DNA of 64,000 nt from a bacterium. Lineage in GTDB: Bacteria; UBA8248. The translations under genes and the position numbers were made by a program. The notes under the pieces are model-generated. The model saw nothing but the letters and a program-made list of their open reading frames with translations, ran no database searches and was not told the DNA's origin. The stretch lies in contig CBDATS010000004.1 of assembly GCA_965200245.1 (NCBI GenBank), forward strand, positions 672,001-736,000, read 5' to 3'. Shown in pieces: positions 33,183-45,261 of the stretch; the stretch's first letter is position 1, and every line of letters begins with the position of its first letter.

Positions 33183-34421
33183 GAGTTACTGTCAAATCCG
33201 GTGTACGGCCGTCCCGAGTCCGGCGGCCTCCCTGCCCGTTTCGTTTTCCTTCACCCCATCGGTGAACCTCACGTCGGCGATCACGTCTGCCAGGCAGTGG
33301 AAGCCGTTCAGCCTGCGCCACCGCTTCTGCGCACTCATGGCGAGCCGGTGCACGGGACCGGGCGCCGTCCTCCCGCTCAGGCAGTTCCCCGTCTTCGCCG
33401 TACACAGCCGGATGGTGGCGAAGGTCGACTCGCGGGGATTCGTCGTCCGCAGATGCCTCCGGTGGGCTGCGGGGAAGTCGTGGAAGGCGGGCAGTTCCCC
33501 GCGGTCCCCCGCCAGGCATTCCGCAACCCTGGGATACTTCGCCTCCCGGGTGGCGGGGAAGCGTTCGAACGCCCCGTGCGCGTTCCGCCGGGTGTCGGAG
33601 CGCCATATCCCGTGCAGCATCGACTTCGCCTCCTCCTGCACGCGTCCGGGCATCCTGTCGGGCACGTTCGCCGTCCTGTGCACCCGGCAGCGCTGTCCCC
33701 GGGTCTCGGGATACACCTCGGCCAGGGCCGACCGGAACCCCGGCCCCCCGTCGCCCACCGCCGGCCCTGCCGCCTTCACACCCCGGTCCCTTGAACTCAG
33801 AAGAACAGCCTTCCAGCTCTCCCTCGACTCGCGGAACCCCGCCTCCAGGGCCAGGAAGTGCCTGCGACCACGCGTGTCGCAGCCCACTGCCACCAGGAGA
33901 CACCTTCTCTCCCCGCTGCGCACGTTCACGCAGATCCCGTCCCCTCCCCGGTCGCGCTCGCGCCACTGGGCGTACCCGCGTTCCCGGCCCTCCTTCAGCC
34001 GCGCAACCGTCGCCGGGGACAGGCCACGCGCCGACCCGAAGTCGTTCGTTGACACCCCCTTGCACCGGAACCAGGGAATCACCGCCTCCACACGCCCCGT
34101 CTTCTTCAGGCAGGGGGGCAGCAGCTCCGGGCGGAAGCACCGGCCCGCGGCGACCCCGGGCGTCGCGCGCGGCCTCGTGCTCCTCCGGGAAGTCCCGCAG
34201 TTCCGCCTCCACCGCCTGGCGGATGATGCGCTGCGCGCCCGCGCGCAACAGTTCACTCAGTTCGTCCCGAAAGGCTGGATTCACGAAGGGAACCGTCGTA
34301 TCTTCCTGCATGGTGGCGCATCTCCTCCTTGCTGAATGACCGGGCTTCCAACAAACCCGGTTCAGCAGGAATGCGCCGCCTTCTTCAATTCAGCCCCATA
34401 CACCAGATCCGACAGTAACTC
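33183..34421 (-). mobile_element. IS256-family element with decayed transposase
   Basis: Terminal IRs gagttactgtcaaatccggtgta / tacaccagatccgacagtaactc (3 mismatches); RES.ESW, VGDG..GF, QRC.VH, RTTNP.ESTFA; frameshifts; no target duplication. Confidence 0.9.
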
Positions 34422-34858
34422 GGTGAAGAATTCTGGGTTAATTAGTGCGGATTTAAAATCTTAGTGCGTCTCAATTTGATTGGTGAATAAACCCAGACGT
34501 GAAAGACAGATAGACTAGCGGCGACAGCAATCATGGACGATATCTGAGGAAATACCGTGGGAAACGGAAGTCTGGTGTTCAGATGCACCCACTCATCTCA
34601 TTCACTTCGATGGCGAACGGTTTCTGGAGCCATATGAAAGATAGTAACGATATGAAAGATGAACCCGAAGAATCGGACTCCATGCCGGCAAGAGTTTCAG
34701 ACGTATCTGAGGTTGGTTTATGATTATAGCTTCTCAAGCACCTTTGCAGGCGCAGCGTTCGACTTATCCAACCCTTCCATGGTCTTGTCCATGCCTTCGA
34801 CTGCTTTCACAAGCACAGCCCCATATTCCAGATATGACAGCAACTCATCCATATCTCC

Positions 34859-35326
34859 TTAAACCCATTCCATCTGTTGTATGTCAGGGGTTTCCGCGCC
34901 AGTCAGGAAACGGACAAAAAGTGCATTTCGATAACCATGCTCTTCTTTGAAGGCACGAAGTTTTGCCAAATCCCTGTCATTTGTTTCAGGATTTGTACTC
35001 TTTTTCACTTCAATAACCAGAAGATTCCTCCGTGTGTTCCTTTTGTGAATTATTATATCCGGTATAACATCCCTTTCTTCAACCGAATGTTCCGACGAAA
35101 TAGCGTACATGAGCCGTTTAACTTCATGTTGACTCCGATTGTATTCGCAATCAACATCCCACTCGGCAAATGATTTTTCTAACATAACCGCAAGACGGTG
35201 AGTTATGGCACGTTCAGCATTATCTTGAATTAATAGTATTGCTTCCTTGGCCAAGAATGAACTGACTATTTTCTCGACTTTTCCTTGAATATCTTCCAAA
35301 CCTCTATTTGGCATCAATGCTCCCAA
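34859..35326 (-). CDS. hypothetical PD-(D/E)xK-like nuclease
   Basis: VDCEYNR...PDIIIHKR...LLVIEVKK. Confidence 0.65.
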   Translation of the reverse strand: MGALMPNRGLEDIQGKVEKIVSSFLAKEAILLIQDNAERAITHRLAVMLEKSFAEWDVDCEYNRSQHEVKRLMYAISSEHSVEERDVIPDIIIHKRNTRRNLLVIEVKKSTNPETNDRDLAKLRAFKEEHGYRNALFVRFLTGAETPDIQQMEWV

Positions 35327-35364
35327 GAGTGTTTAAGGTTGAGGACTTGTCTGCAGTTTCTATT

Positions 35365-35808
35365 TCATCCGAAGAAGAGTTTAGACAATGCACGCTGGCT
35401 TATTTGCCAAAGTTCTACAGGAGGCCCTTCCCCCAAAAGTTCTTCTTCTATTAACAACTTGCATGTTGTTTCGCTTTCGTCCCACCCCATTTTCACCTTG
35501 AAATTTATTGCATCATTTCCGCGTTTCATACTTTTTACTTTAATGTACTCCTCTTCACCTGTTATAAGAGAAAAACGTATCCAATCAACATGTGAGATCC
35601 CCGTTTTGAGGATGGCCGCGGGGGAAATTTCTTTTTTAATGACCTCAAAGCTATCATCTCCGAGTGTGTTTACCTCAAAACTGGAAGATTTGCTATGATT
35701 CATGCTCTCTAAATCCCGTTTCACTTGCTCACAAAGTCTCTTCCAAACCTCATTTATGGAGCAATTCAGCCTTCTTTTAACCCAATCAACATTTTTATCA
35801 AAACTCAT
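35365..35808 (-). CDS. hypothetical protein
   Basis: AT-rich 147-aa open frame. Confidence 0.6.
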   Translation of the reverse strand: MSFDKNVDWVKRRLNCSINEVWKRLCEQVKRDLESMNHSKSSSFEVNTLGDDSFEVIKKEISPAAILKTGISHVDWIRFSLITGEEEYIKVKSMKRGNDAINFKVKMGWDESETTCKLLIEEELLGEGPPVELWQISQRALSKLFFG

Positions 35809-36282
35809 TTCCAGACCTCAATATGGAGTCTCATGGGTAATCGCACCCTTACAAGATATGGTAGTATATGCTCAGGAAAGAATCCTGTCCATATCATATA
35901 TTGTGGCTTGCTTAATCAAGTGGCAGCGACCCGTGTCCATCCCGATGCATGTATAGGGCCCAGTGTAGCGCGGGGTTTCGAGGGAGTCTCAATGAGCACA
36001 GAGGTGGTGTTGCAGTACTCGGCCCAGCCCTAAGGCAGGGCGCCTGCGGGCGATGACGAGGATATGGGATCAGAGGTTGGTGATATTGATCCATGGCAGT
36101 ATGAGGAACCTCGGGTTATCGACCACCAGGGGATGTTATTCTCGCGCAACTGCGGTGCCCATCCGATGAAGCGACCGCAAAGCGAAAGTGCGACAGCCTC
36201 GACACCGGATTTGGTGAAGTGCAGCACAGTATTCCCCGTAAACGGTAGAGAAAGGAAATTGCGGGCCTAAACGTCCGGTAAA

Positions 36283-38025
36283 TTACTTATCGTCTGCAGA
36301 CTTGGCTTTCCCTGCAACCTCGGCGATGGCATTCAGCTTTTCGCCGATTTCGGGATCTATCTCGTCCTTGGGAATGTACTGGGCGAGTTCGTAATAGTCC
36401 TTCTTTTCCATAAGGTTGGGCAGCTTGAGTCTCTTGAAATACTCAGCGAACAATGGTTTCAGGAAATCATCGCTCGCCTTTATATCTCCGCTCCACGGTG
36501 ACCCTTTGTCCAAAGTCTCCAGCGCGCCGCTTACCATTGTGATAGCCTCGCGCATCGCGCTGCATCGTGCCTCTGCTTCAGATTCGGCAAAAAGCGGACC
36601 CGTCTCAGGCGCAGCGGCTTCCCCGGAAGCGCGCGCATAGTGTTCCAGGGTTGCCTGGGTGCACAGATAGTTTTCGATCTCCCGTTTTTTCCAGGTAAGG
36701 CATCTGAGGAACGGGTTATTCGGCGGGCTTTGCTCCAAGCGATCGAACAACACAATACCAGCGAGGTCAGGAAGAGCTTCACGGAGACCGAAGTAGTGAT
36801 CCTCAGCCTTTTTCGGCTGGTTGTCGACATACTGAACAAACGGTCTCTCAAGCGCCTTTACCGCCGTGCTTCCCAAACGTTCAGCCAAGGCTTGCAGAAT
36901 CGCCAAATCGGTCGATCCTTCAAGGTACAAAACCCATCCTGTCAGTTCCGCCTGATAGTAGTGGTCGTAACCAATAATCTTCAACGCCTTGAGCATTCGG
37001 CTGCCTTGACTGTCGATCCGGTTTGGTTTGCCGACAAAAGCGACAACCATGTCCTTGCCCGCGGCCTCATTCAAAAGGACCTCGGAATGGCTTGCTGCGA
37101 TAATCTGGTTGCCGTTCTCGCGTGCTGTCTTGATGAGCAAAGCATATATCTGCTGCTGGCGGAGAATCTCCAGATGTGCGTCCGGCTCGTCCAACAGGAT
37201 CACCGACTGCGGATTGGCGTACATGTAGACCAGGATCAAGAGAGTCTGTTGCAACCCGCGTCCGCTTGAAGAGATGTCAAGAACCAATCCTTGCTCCCTG
37301 TAGCCCATGGTGATTTCACCACGTTCTGGAACATAGCGGGGCATTTCGAGTTCGACGCCGAACAGTTGCTCAATCCGTTTCACCAACTCCTGCCACTTGT
37401 CTTCGCTTTCTTCCATGACGCGGAAACACAGATTACGCAGTACTTCGGCCGTTCGACCCTCACCCACCCGGACATTCACGGCACCCTTGTCAAGACGAGT
37501 CTCCGTTGCCGCGAGGCCGGACATGGGAGGAAGGAAGACAATGTCCACCGATCCCGCCTGTTCCGGAATTGGCATCCGTTCCGGGGACTTGCCTTCCCTG
37601 CACCGCAAGGGACGACAATAGAAAGATTCTTCGTTGGCGTAGTCGAATTCGAGGCCGCAGGTCCACACACTGTCCTCGGTAACCCCTTGCACGATGAGGT
37701 CGATGCGCACATTGTTCGTCTTTGTACGGCCTTCAACTTGTTGCACATCCCGCACATGAAGGTTGCGCCACAAATCTTTGGCACTCGGATGTGGGATGGC
37801 GAACATATCCTTGCGGTTAACTGTCACGCCGGAACGCCTTGCCGATGCGCCTTTCCCCTTGCGCTTCTCATTCCACCGTTTCACGCCGATATCCCACAGG
37901 GCCAGAGCCTGTATGGCGGATGTCTTGCCCGAGTTGTTCGGACCAATGAAGACGACCGGATTTCCCAGGTCGACCTCGACTTCTCCGAAGCGCTTGAAGT
38001 TGCGGATGGTGAGTTTGGTAAGCAT
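36283..38025 (-). CDS. ABC-type ATPase with C-terminal TOPRIM-like region (OLD-like)
   Basis: GPNNSGKT, SSGRG, LLDEPDAHL, SHS, YLEGSTD, REIENYL. Confidence 0.85.
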   Translation of the reverse strand: MLTKLTIRNFKRFGEVEVDLGNPVVFIGPNNSGKTSAIQALALWDIGVKRWNEKRKGKGASARRSGVTVNRKDMFAIPHPSAKDLWRNLHVRDVQQVEGRTKTNNVRIDLIVQGVTEDSVWTCGLEFDYANEESFYCRPLRCREGKSPERMPIPEQAGSVDIVFLPPMSGLAATETRLDKGAVNVRVGEGRTAEVLRNLCFRVMEESEDKWQELVKRIEQLFGVELEMPRYVPERGEITMGYREQGLVLDISSSGRGLQQTLLILVYMYANPQSVILLDEPDAHLEILRQQQIYALLIKTARENGNQIIAASHSEVLLNEAAGKDMVVAFVGKPNRIDSQGSRMLKALKIIGYDHYYQAELTGWVLYLEGSTDLAILQALAERLGSTAVKALERPFVQYVDNQPKKAEDHYFGLREALPDLAGIVLFDRLEQSPPNNPFLRCLTWKKREIENYLCTQATLEHYARASGEAAAPETGPLFAESEAEARCSAMREAITMVSGALETLDKGSPWSGDIKASDDFLKPLFAEYFKRLKLPNLMEKKDYYELAQYIPKDEIDPEIGEKLNAIAEVAGKAKSADDK

Positions 38026-38049
38026 TTGACGTCTCTCCGACGATTGGCG

Positions 38050-38649
38050 TCGAGATTGTTACCCGAAACCAGCCGACCGCGCGCTTTCCCTGCATGACTT
38101 ATCCACAGTCGACATAATCTGGCTATGACTTGCCGGGAGCAATCACCGGAACCATGAGCTCTTCCCGCTTTGCACATCGACAGGTTGTTTTTCTCGAAAA
38201 ACCAGTAATCAAATCGGAGTCACGATAGCCAGCTTTTGGGAGAATGCTCACCTGTTCCCGTGGATAAGCCTTGCACACGGCCCTCCAGTCACCGAAATAC
38301 CACGCCTCCAGTTCCTCGATCGCGAGGCAGTCGGACTATTTGCCAAGAATCATCGCGGGTCATTGCTCCGGTATGCAACCCCGAATCGGTCGCTATAGTT
38401 CTAGGTTGGGCCTTCAACTCCCGACATCGTTGCTATCCCGGTCAATCCCTGCGATTAGTCGATAGTCAGGGGCATCCAATTGGCGTAGCCGCATGGACAA
38501 TTCGATAACTTTCCTGTCAGGTCTTTCCTGTCGCGAAAAGAACGGATGCAAAACGTCGCTCTTTCGGGCAGCATACGTTTCAACATCGTTTGCAAGAACA
38601 CCTCCATCAAGCGTTCTTCGGTCGTTACTTCCAGATGTCTGGGCTTCAC
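38050..38649 (-). pseudogene. DUF4276-family protein, frameshifted
   Basis: HLEVTTEE..ME.FL..ML...KDL..KL...GYANWMP, then shifted IDRDSND; follows the AAA ATPase. Confidence 0.6.
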
Positions 38650-39890
38650 CCTTCGTCTCCGTCCGAGTCGGCTGCCGGGGCACCTCTGTCTGTCAATGGG
38701 TCACCCATACCAAATTGGCCCTCCATCCATAGTTCGCCGAGTTGTGCACCCGCCTCTACGAATTCGGGCACGCCGGTTATTTCGTCAGTACACCGCGTTT
38801 GCGTATAACCTTCCTCGTCACGCCATAAAATACGTACCTCTTTGGGTCGCAACGCATCGAGAAAAAACGGTGAATAGGTTGTGACGAGCAATTGCGCGCG
38901 CTCGCTTGCTTCGCGACACTCCTCGGCAAGTTCATACAGCAACCGAGGGTGAAAGAAGTTTTCCGGCCCATCAATTCCGATAAAGGGTGACGGATCCGGG
39001 TCGTGCAGAAGTACCAGATAAGCCAGCATTTTCAGCGTGCCGTCAGAGGCGAAACGGGCCATCACCGGATGACTGAAAGGGGCGTCCCTGATCTGCAGCA
39101 GCAGTCGGCCGTCCTGCATGGTGTTGGCCAGCACACGATCAATATGCGGGACATGTCTGCGTAAGGTAGAGAAAATGCGTTCGAGCCGTTCCGGATGCTG
39201 TTCGGCCAAGTACTGGATAACGTTGGCAAGGTTGTCGCCCGTTCTTGTGAGCCGTTCATGTGGCCCCGTTTCGGGTTGGCCACGGGCACTCTCTGCGGAA
39301 AGACAGGACAGATGCCATCCCATAATAAAATCCCGCAGAACTGCTACGCGTGGATGTTGCTGGAACTGTCCCAGGGCATTGACCGCTATCAGATCGGGTG
39401 ATTTGAGCGGGTTTTCGACTCTACCGTCTTTTGTATCCGGTACCTCGCCGGTGACAGCATTGCCCTGGCCACGTTGGTACTCAAGAAAATGAAACGGCTT
39501 TCCGCGGCTCCCTCGCCGCCAGTGCAGGGATTCATACATAACCACTGGTGCGCCTTCGAATTCATCAACTTCCAGTCGATAGGTAACCAGCGGGTTCCCT
39601 GGCTGTTCACGATACTTGATCTCGATGGTCACCGAGCCTTCCGCCCCTCTGGTCTTGAGTTCACGGCTCCGTCCACGCCTGCCCCAGGCCCGGCGCAGAC
39701 CGCCATCGAAACACTCTGCAAGAAACGCGAACACGTCGAACACCGTCGACTTGCCGCTGCCGGCAGGGCCGAGCAGCACTGTCATCGGTGTCAGGTTTTT
39801 GAATTCGACGTTTTTCAGCGCACGAAAATTCCCTATCTTCAAGTACTCGATTCGTGGCGGTGTGATACTCTGCGAAGTCACCCGGTTCAT
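38646..39890 (-). CDS. AAA_21-type ATPase with degenerate motifs
   Basis: GPAGSGKS, SDGTLK; Walker B reads IDGPEN and H-loop reads TTYSP. Confidence 0.8.
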   Translation of the reverse strand: MNRVTSQSITPPRIEYLKIGNFRALKNVEFKNLTPMTVLLGPAGSGKSTVFDVFAFLAECFDGGLRRAWGRRGRSRELKTRGAEGSVTIEIKYREQPGNPLVTYRLEVDEFEGAPVVMYESLHWRRGSRGKPFHFLEYQRGQGNAVTGEVPDTKDGRVENPLKSPDLIAVNALGQFQQHPRVAVLRDFIMGWHLSCLSAESARGQPETGPHERLTRTGDNLANVIQYLAEQHPERLERIFSTLRRHVPHIDRVLANTMQDGRLLLQIRDAPFSHPVMARFASDGTLKMLAYLVLLHDPDPSPFIGIDGPENFFHPRLLYELAEECREASERAQLLVTTYSPFFLDALRPKEVRILWRDEEGYTQTRCTDEITGVPEFVEAGAQLGELWMEGQFGMGDPLTDRGAPAADSDGDEG

Positions 39891-40270
39891 TTCACTAATT
39901 CCACATTCTTCTCCGTATCCCTCACCCGCAGCTCCCCGGAACGGGTTCAGGGAGAAGCTGGCCGCGGGCCCGAGACAAAACCCGTGTTTCGCTTAAACTT
40001 ACAATCCTGCGTCTCAAAAGCGGGCTGACAAATTCTACAAAATATGGAGCGGCCTCTATTTCCTGACAACGATCAATCCTTTTTCCAGTAGTATCTCACT
40101 TTGAAATCCAGTCAAGGCCAAGGAATTGTTTTTGACAGAAATGCAACAAACGCATATGGTTTTTATGGATAGGCTTCAAACTCTAACCCTCATCCCACCG
40201 TATGCGATAGCTGTTGGTGTGTGGTATGGAATTTACATAATGAACGTAACACAAAGCAGCTAGAGAAGAT

Positions 40271-40336
40271 TCCAGCAGGAAACATAGGGAGTCCATGGAT
40301 GCCTCTAACAAAAAGCATGTGGAATCCATGCTTGCT
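40271..40336 (+). repeat. imperfect 33-bp tandem repeat in a small frameshifted membrane-protein gene (~40141-40369)
   Basis: Encodes SSRKHRESMDA / SNKKHVESMLA. Confidence 0.5.
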
Positions 40337-40551
40337 TTCAAAACGCTGATTGAGCGAATTGGAGAGTGATTATATGGCCAAAAGTTCATATGGAAAACGA
40401 GACCCGGCGAGGTAATGAAATATACAGGTATTAAAGGAAGTAATCGCATCGAAGATGCCAGTGGTGCGGTAATCAAACTCCAGAATTCTTATTCAGGCCA
40501 TACGATCAAAACGCTTTGGGAATGGTTGAGTGAACACGAGGATGATTTCTA

Positions 40552-41031
40552 ATGGCCGACAACGATTTGACAGGCTTGGAAGAGGAATCGTCATTCGAGC
40601 CAAAACAACATGAAGTGCCTAATCCAAAAGCCCAAGGGGCTTGGTCTCGGATTAAATTTGATTGGCCCACCATCGGTATCATAGCATTGATTATATTTAG
40701 TACTGCTGGATTTCTATGGAACTCTATCGAAAATGTAGACGATAATCTCGATCACCTTTCTCAAAGAGTAAACCAGATTGATGATAAATTTGATGCAAGG
40801 ATGGAAAGGTTGACAGAGGATATTAGCTTCATCAAGGGCCGTATCGCAGCTCGATTATCATCTCAATATGAAGAACCATCCGTGCCTGAAAAAAAGAAGC
40901 CCCGGGGCCGAACTGCTGAAAAGAAGATGCCTCTCTTGATACTGGATACCCCTGAGAATGTGGCTCGCGCCATCATGCAAGGACCGCAGAAAAAGGGTTG
41001 GGACCCCCTCAAGAAGGCTGCCAAGCAGTGA
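40552..41031 (+). CDS. hypothetical TM/coiled-coil protein
   Basis: One TM helix, heptad segment, DTPENVARAIMQGP tail. Confidence 0.6.
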   Translation: MADNDLTGLEEESSFEPKQHEVPNPKAQGAWSRIKFDWPTIGIIALIIFSTAGFLWNSIENVDDNLDHLSQRVNQIDDKFDARMERLTEDISFIKGRIAARLSSQYEEPSVPEKKKPRGRTAEKKMPLLILDTPENVARAIMQGPQKKGWDPLKKAAKQ

Positions 41032-41894
41032 ATTGGGTAAGATTGTTCGGGAATTTGTCAAACTCCGCAAAACACTGAGCAGTTTCTATTTTCCAGGCAC
41101 AGTCGATCCTTTTTCCCTGCCAACTTCCATTTCCCGTTCAATTCTTCCTTGCTGGGCATGAGTTATCCCATTTCGATTTCCTATCGTCCTTTGACAATAT
41201 TTTTCCTCTGCCTGTAATTTACTGGTATCAACATCTCATCGACACGAAAACGAATTGATTGCGAATGCCGCATATCGCCTCGCGTCCGTGTCGGGAAACA
41301 TTCTTCTGGCCGTGATGATAGCGGCAGCAACGGTCCGTTATCCTGCTCGAACATGGCCAACCGACACAGTTCTTTCGCAATTCGACCCTGGTGATGCTTT
41401 GATTCAATCTGTCACGACCGGACAAGCGATTACCCTGCCGGCAAAGCGATGGAATGCGCTCCCCCGACAAAATCACACCAAGACCAGAAGAGCAAGTATA
41501 CCGCCCTGCACGAGGGACTGCCCAAGCAACAGGTTCACATCATCGGCATCGAACCGGCGCAACTTTGGTTTCCACTTCACAGTGTGTGTACGGAAGGATT
41601 GGTTGCGTTTCGGAAAAAGTCGACCCGGGGACTGATGAGCGCAACTACAATTGTCTCCAGTCCTGAATCGCCCGTAACCGATGGGAGAGAATGTGCGAAC
41701 GCTGCGAATAACCGAGTCGGAGGAAAAAAGACCAACGGCTTGTCCTTTCCCGCAAGCGAATACGGGAGAGCGTGTATGGATGGAAGGGGGTGGAGTCGCT
41801 TCTACGTGGTAACACCAATCTGCTCAATCTCCCGACGACGGTGGAATGCGTCTATTGGCAATTTCATCGTGTTCTGGAACTGATTGCGGCTGCG

Positions 41895-42375
41895 TCACTG
41901 GCCTTCAGGTGGCAGGACCCGGCCGTGGCCGATCGAGGCGCGTTTCGTCACCGGCGGTTCGACGGCATAGCCGTGGAGTGCGTACCAGAAGCGCGCGCCG
42001 GCCACGTTGCCCCAGAGCGAACGCAGCCGGGCGGGGTCAGCGTTCCACACGTCCGCGACCGTCGCCATTCCACCCCGTTTCAAACGCGCGTGCATGCCCT
42101 TCCCCACTCCGGGAAGCGCTTTCAGTTCAAGACCGAGCAGGGGGCCCGGCAGGTCGCCGGGATACAGCACCGTGAGGCCGTCCGGTTTGTCCATGCCTGC
42201 CGCTATCCTGGCGAGCCACCTGTTGGGCGCACAGCCGACCGAGCAGGTGATGCGCTCCCCCACGGCTGCACGCACGCGGCTCTTGATTCGTCCCGCGACC
42301 TCCCCGGGGCAGTCCCGCTTCCCCAGAATGGCGGCGAACTCGTCGACCGAGCAAACGAGGTCAGCCGGCAAAAGT
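41895..42375 (-). pseudogene. Y-family DNA polymerase (DinB/UmuC) internal fragment
   Basis: CSVDEFA, CSVG.APNR.LA.IA....KPDG, LPGVG. Confidence 0.8.
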
Positions 42376-43650
42376 AATCGGGCGTGTTCGCAATACGGGT
42401 CTGGCGGTGCTCCAGTTCATTGCCACGGCCAGCCTGGACGAGAGTGATGGCCTCATCCAGACGGTCGATCCGGCACTCGAACGAGCGCATCAGTGCATAT
42501 GTCGAACTGGTGAGGCAGCGCTGGAACACGCTCATGGCAAGACGCGCGGCCGAGCGGTTCAGTATCCCCGCCCTGTTGCAGGTCTCGGCGATGTACTGCG
42601 TCGTCGCTTCGTAAAGTTCCCGTTCCTGCCGGTTCAGGGCGTAGTTCAGGGTATCGCAGCGGCGCTGGGGGGTAGAGAGGACGGCCGTCGAAGTGGACCA
42701 TCTCCTCCTTCGTCCGGCGGATGATATGGCGGCGGTGCTGCGCCTCCGGAAATGCCTCGAACGCATCGAAAGTGGTAAGGGCATCCGGCGCAAGCAGGCG
42801 CCACAGGCAGTAGTAGGGAAAGTCCCTGCCCATGTGGGGCGTCGCGGTCAGCAGCAGAATGTTCGGTGCGCCGACCAGCCAAGCCGCCACCGTTCCTCCT
42901 TCACGGGCAAACCGGCCAGCGCCTCGGCAAGGCGGTAGCGGTCGGTCTTGCGAATACAGAAATCTCGCTCGCGGTCGGCAACCAGCTTGTGGGCTTTGTC
43001 GAACACCACGAGGTCGTAGGGGCGCGCGTCGCCCGAGGCCACCGCCTCGCGCATCCGTGCGACCATGCGCTTGCCGGAAAGGGTATCGAGGCTGACGATG
43101 AGGCGATCGGTCTCCGGCCCGATGAACGGGTTCCCCACACGGGCGTCGGCGCCGTGGACGATTCGGAATGAAAGACGGAACAGCGTGCGCATCTCACGCT
43201 CCCAGTTGCCGACCAGACCGGCCGGGGGGACGATGAGAACACGCGTCACGAGACGTCGCGAGAGCATTTCCCGGAGGTAGAGGCCCGTCATGACCGTCTT
43301 GCCCGCACCGGCATCGTCGGCGAGGAGAAACCGCAGCGGCGACTGGCGGAGCATGTGTTCATATACCGCGATGCGCTGGTGCGGCAGGGAGGTCGAGCGG
43401 GGGTGCAGACGGAATACCGGCTGGCTCGACCGGCAGAGTCGCCGCCTGGACGCCAGCCTCCAGGTCGACAATCCTTCGCCATGCCAGGCGCCCTGGTCTG
43501 GACTGGCCGTTCTCCCATCGGTTTACCGTCGCGAAAGAGAGACACCGATGCGTTCCGCCAGCTGCGTCTGAGTCAACCCGAGCCGTTCTCGCAGGCCTTT
43601 CACTCGAACTGGCTAGGCAGGCTTCGGGATTGTCGTTGAGCACCGAACGC
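42375..43650 (-). pseudogene. XRE-HTH plus SNF2 helicase, multiply frameshifted and truncated
   Basis: SFATVNRWENG, LLADDAGAGKT, VFDKAHKL, LLTATPHMG. Confidence 0.85.
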
Positions 43651-43784
43651 ATCGCTTCCCCTCGCAACGAATGATCGAAGGGAATATGTCGAAGCGCATG
43701 ATACGGGAAACGCTCTATCGCATTTGCAGTATCATCGTCATGGCTCACGGTTGCTCGACGATCAATGCCAAGGTGTTGAGGAAG

Positions 43785-44298
43785 CTTTTGGTTGGCCGCA
43801 CCAAAAGGGGGGAACAAGGTATCCAAATGATGAGATGAGTTTCAGGCAAACGATAGCGCCAGGAAAAAGAACGAATCGCGGATTCACGGCGATTATCAAT
43901 CACCATTCAAACAGGGTCGAAAGTCATTCGACCATTCTTCCGTTAATAAAAGGGAGCATTTGGAGTGGCTGGATAATGTTGAAAGTTGCATCGGATCAGG
44001 AGAATTGGACCCACAGCCTTATTGGGGATTTGATGATTTGTTTCACAAAGCGGGGGTCAAGCTCCCGAAGACAGTCTATGCGATTGCGAGAAGAAAGAGA
44101 ATCACAAAAATAGAGGAGTTTCATTATGTCAGGTTCCTGATGCTGGAGAATCTCACCTTGGATTTGTTTCTGGGTGCTATGGATAACGGTGACATTTTTA
44201 TTGATTTCGACGCAAGGACAGGCCACAACCACGGGACGAAATTTCGCCTCAAGCGAAAAACGTACCCCCGCCGATACCAGACCATCGAGGAATTGTAA
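43785..44298 (+). pseudogene. MvaI/BcnI-family restriction endonuclease C-terminal fragment
   Basis: GWPH...MSFRQTI...RGF, DFDARTGHNHGTKFR. Confidence 0.75.
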
Positions 44299-44433
44299 GA
44301 GGGAATTCAGGTTATCTCCTTTCACCAACTTAGGTCTCACCTGGCCCATCAGATGTAACTTCGCCGTTTTCTCATCCCTTTCGGATTCTGTAGGCCAAAT
44401 TCCAAGCCGCCCTTTCATTTTCCTGTTTTGTTA

Positions 44434-45261
44434 ATGACCAAGGAAAAAGTAAGCCCATATAAAACAGGTTTTGACAAGGGCAATGCCTATTGGATGACGA
44501 GGCTCGCATCAGAAGTTTATACAAAAGTCAGTGAAGATAATGAAAAACCGGATGAAGATAGAATACTCGCGTCTCTGAAAACAGATGATGATGGGTTTCA
44601 GTCAATTGCAGGAGTAGACAAGAACAGCGCGCAAGCCGCATTGATAGAACATGACGAATATCTATGCATGGCATTCAGAGGCACGGATGAACTCGCTGAC
44701 TGGCTTGATAATATTAATGTGTTTCGTAAAGAAGTCCTGTTTGGTGAGTTTCATAGAGGATTTTGGGCATCTGTCGAAGACGTTTGGGATGATCTTTGTT
44801 TAAGATATGAAGAGCTCAGGCAGGTAGCAAGAAGGCCATTGTTTTTTACCGGGCACAGCCTTGGGGGAGCGATGGCAACGATAGCCGCGGCGCGATTTTC
44901 ACATGATGACCGCCTATTCACTGCCGTTTATACCTTCGGGCAACCCCGCGCCATGAATCGCGCCACTGCAAGAACATACAATGAGGAAATACGCAATAGG
45001 CATCATCGCTTTCAAAATAACGAAGATATTGTTACCAGGGTTCCTACCCGTATATCCGGGTATAGTCATGTTGGGACCTGTCGTTACATTGATAATGACG
45101 GGCATATACATAACGACCCGGGTTGGTGGAACAGGTTCCTCGATTTCTTTGAAGGCGCGGCAGAAACACTTCTGGAGAAGGGAAGTGTTGGTTTAATATC
45201 AGACCATGATGTGAACAAATATTTGAAGGCTATTGAGACCTGGGAATTAGGGGAGGATTAA
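44434..45261 (+). CDS. class 3 lipase
   Basis: AFRGT, FHRGF, TGHSLGGAMA, YTFGQPR, DIVTRVP. Confidence 0.92.
   Translation: MTKEKVSPYKTGFDKGNAYWMTRLASEVYTKVSEDNEKPDEDRILASLKTDDDGFQSIAGVDKNSAQAALIEHDEYLCMAFRGTDELADWLDNINVFRKEVLFGEFHRGFWASVEDVWDDLCLRYEELRQVARRPLFFTGHSLGGAMATIAAARFSHDDRLFTAVYTFGQPRAMNRATARTYNEEIRNRHHRFQNNEDIVTRVPTRISGYSHVGTCRYIDNDGHIHNDPGWWNRFLDFFEGAAETLLEKGSVGLISDHDVNKYLKAIETWELGED

Noticed and set aside
33142-34335. 397-aa plus-strand ORF and the 413-aa frame 33070..34311
   Set aside because: Shadow and frameshift products of the decayed IS256 transposase
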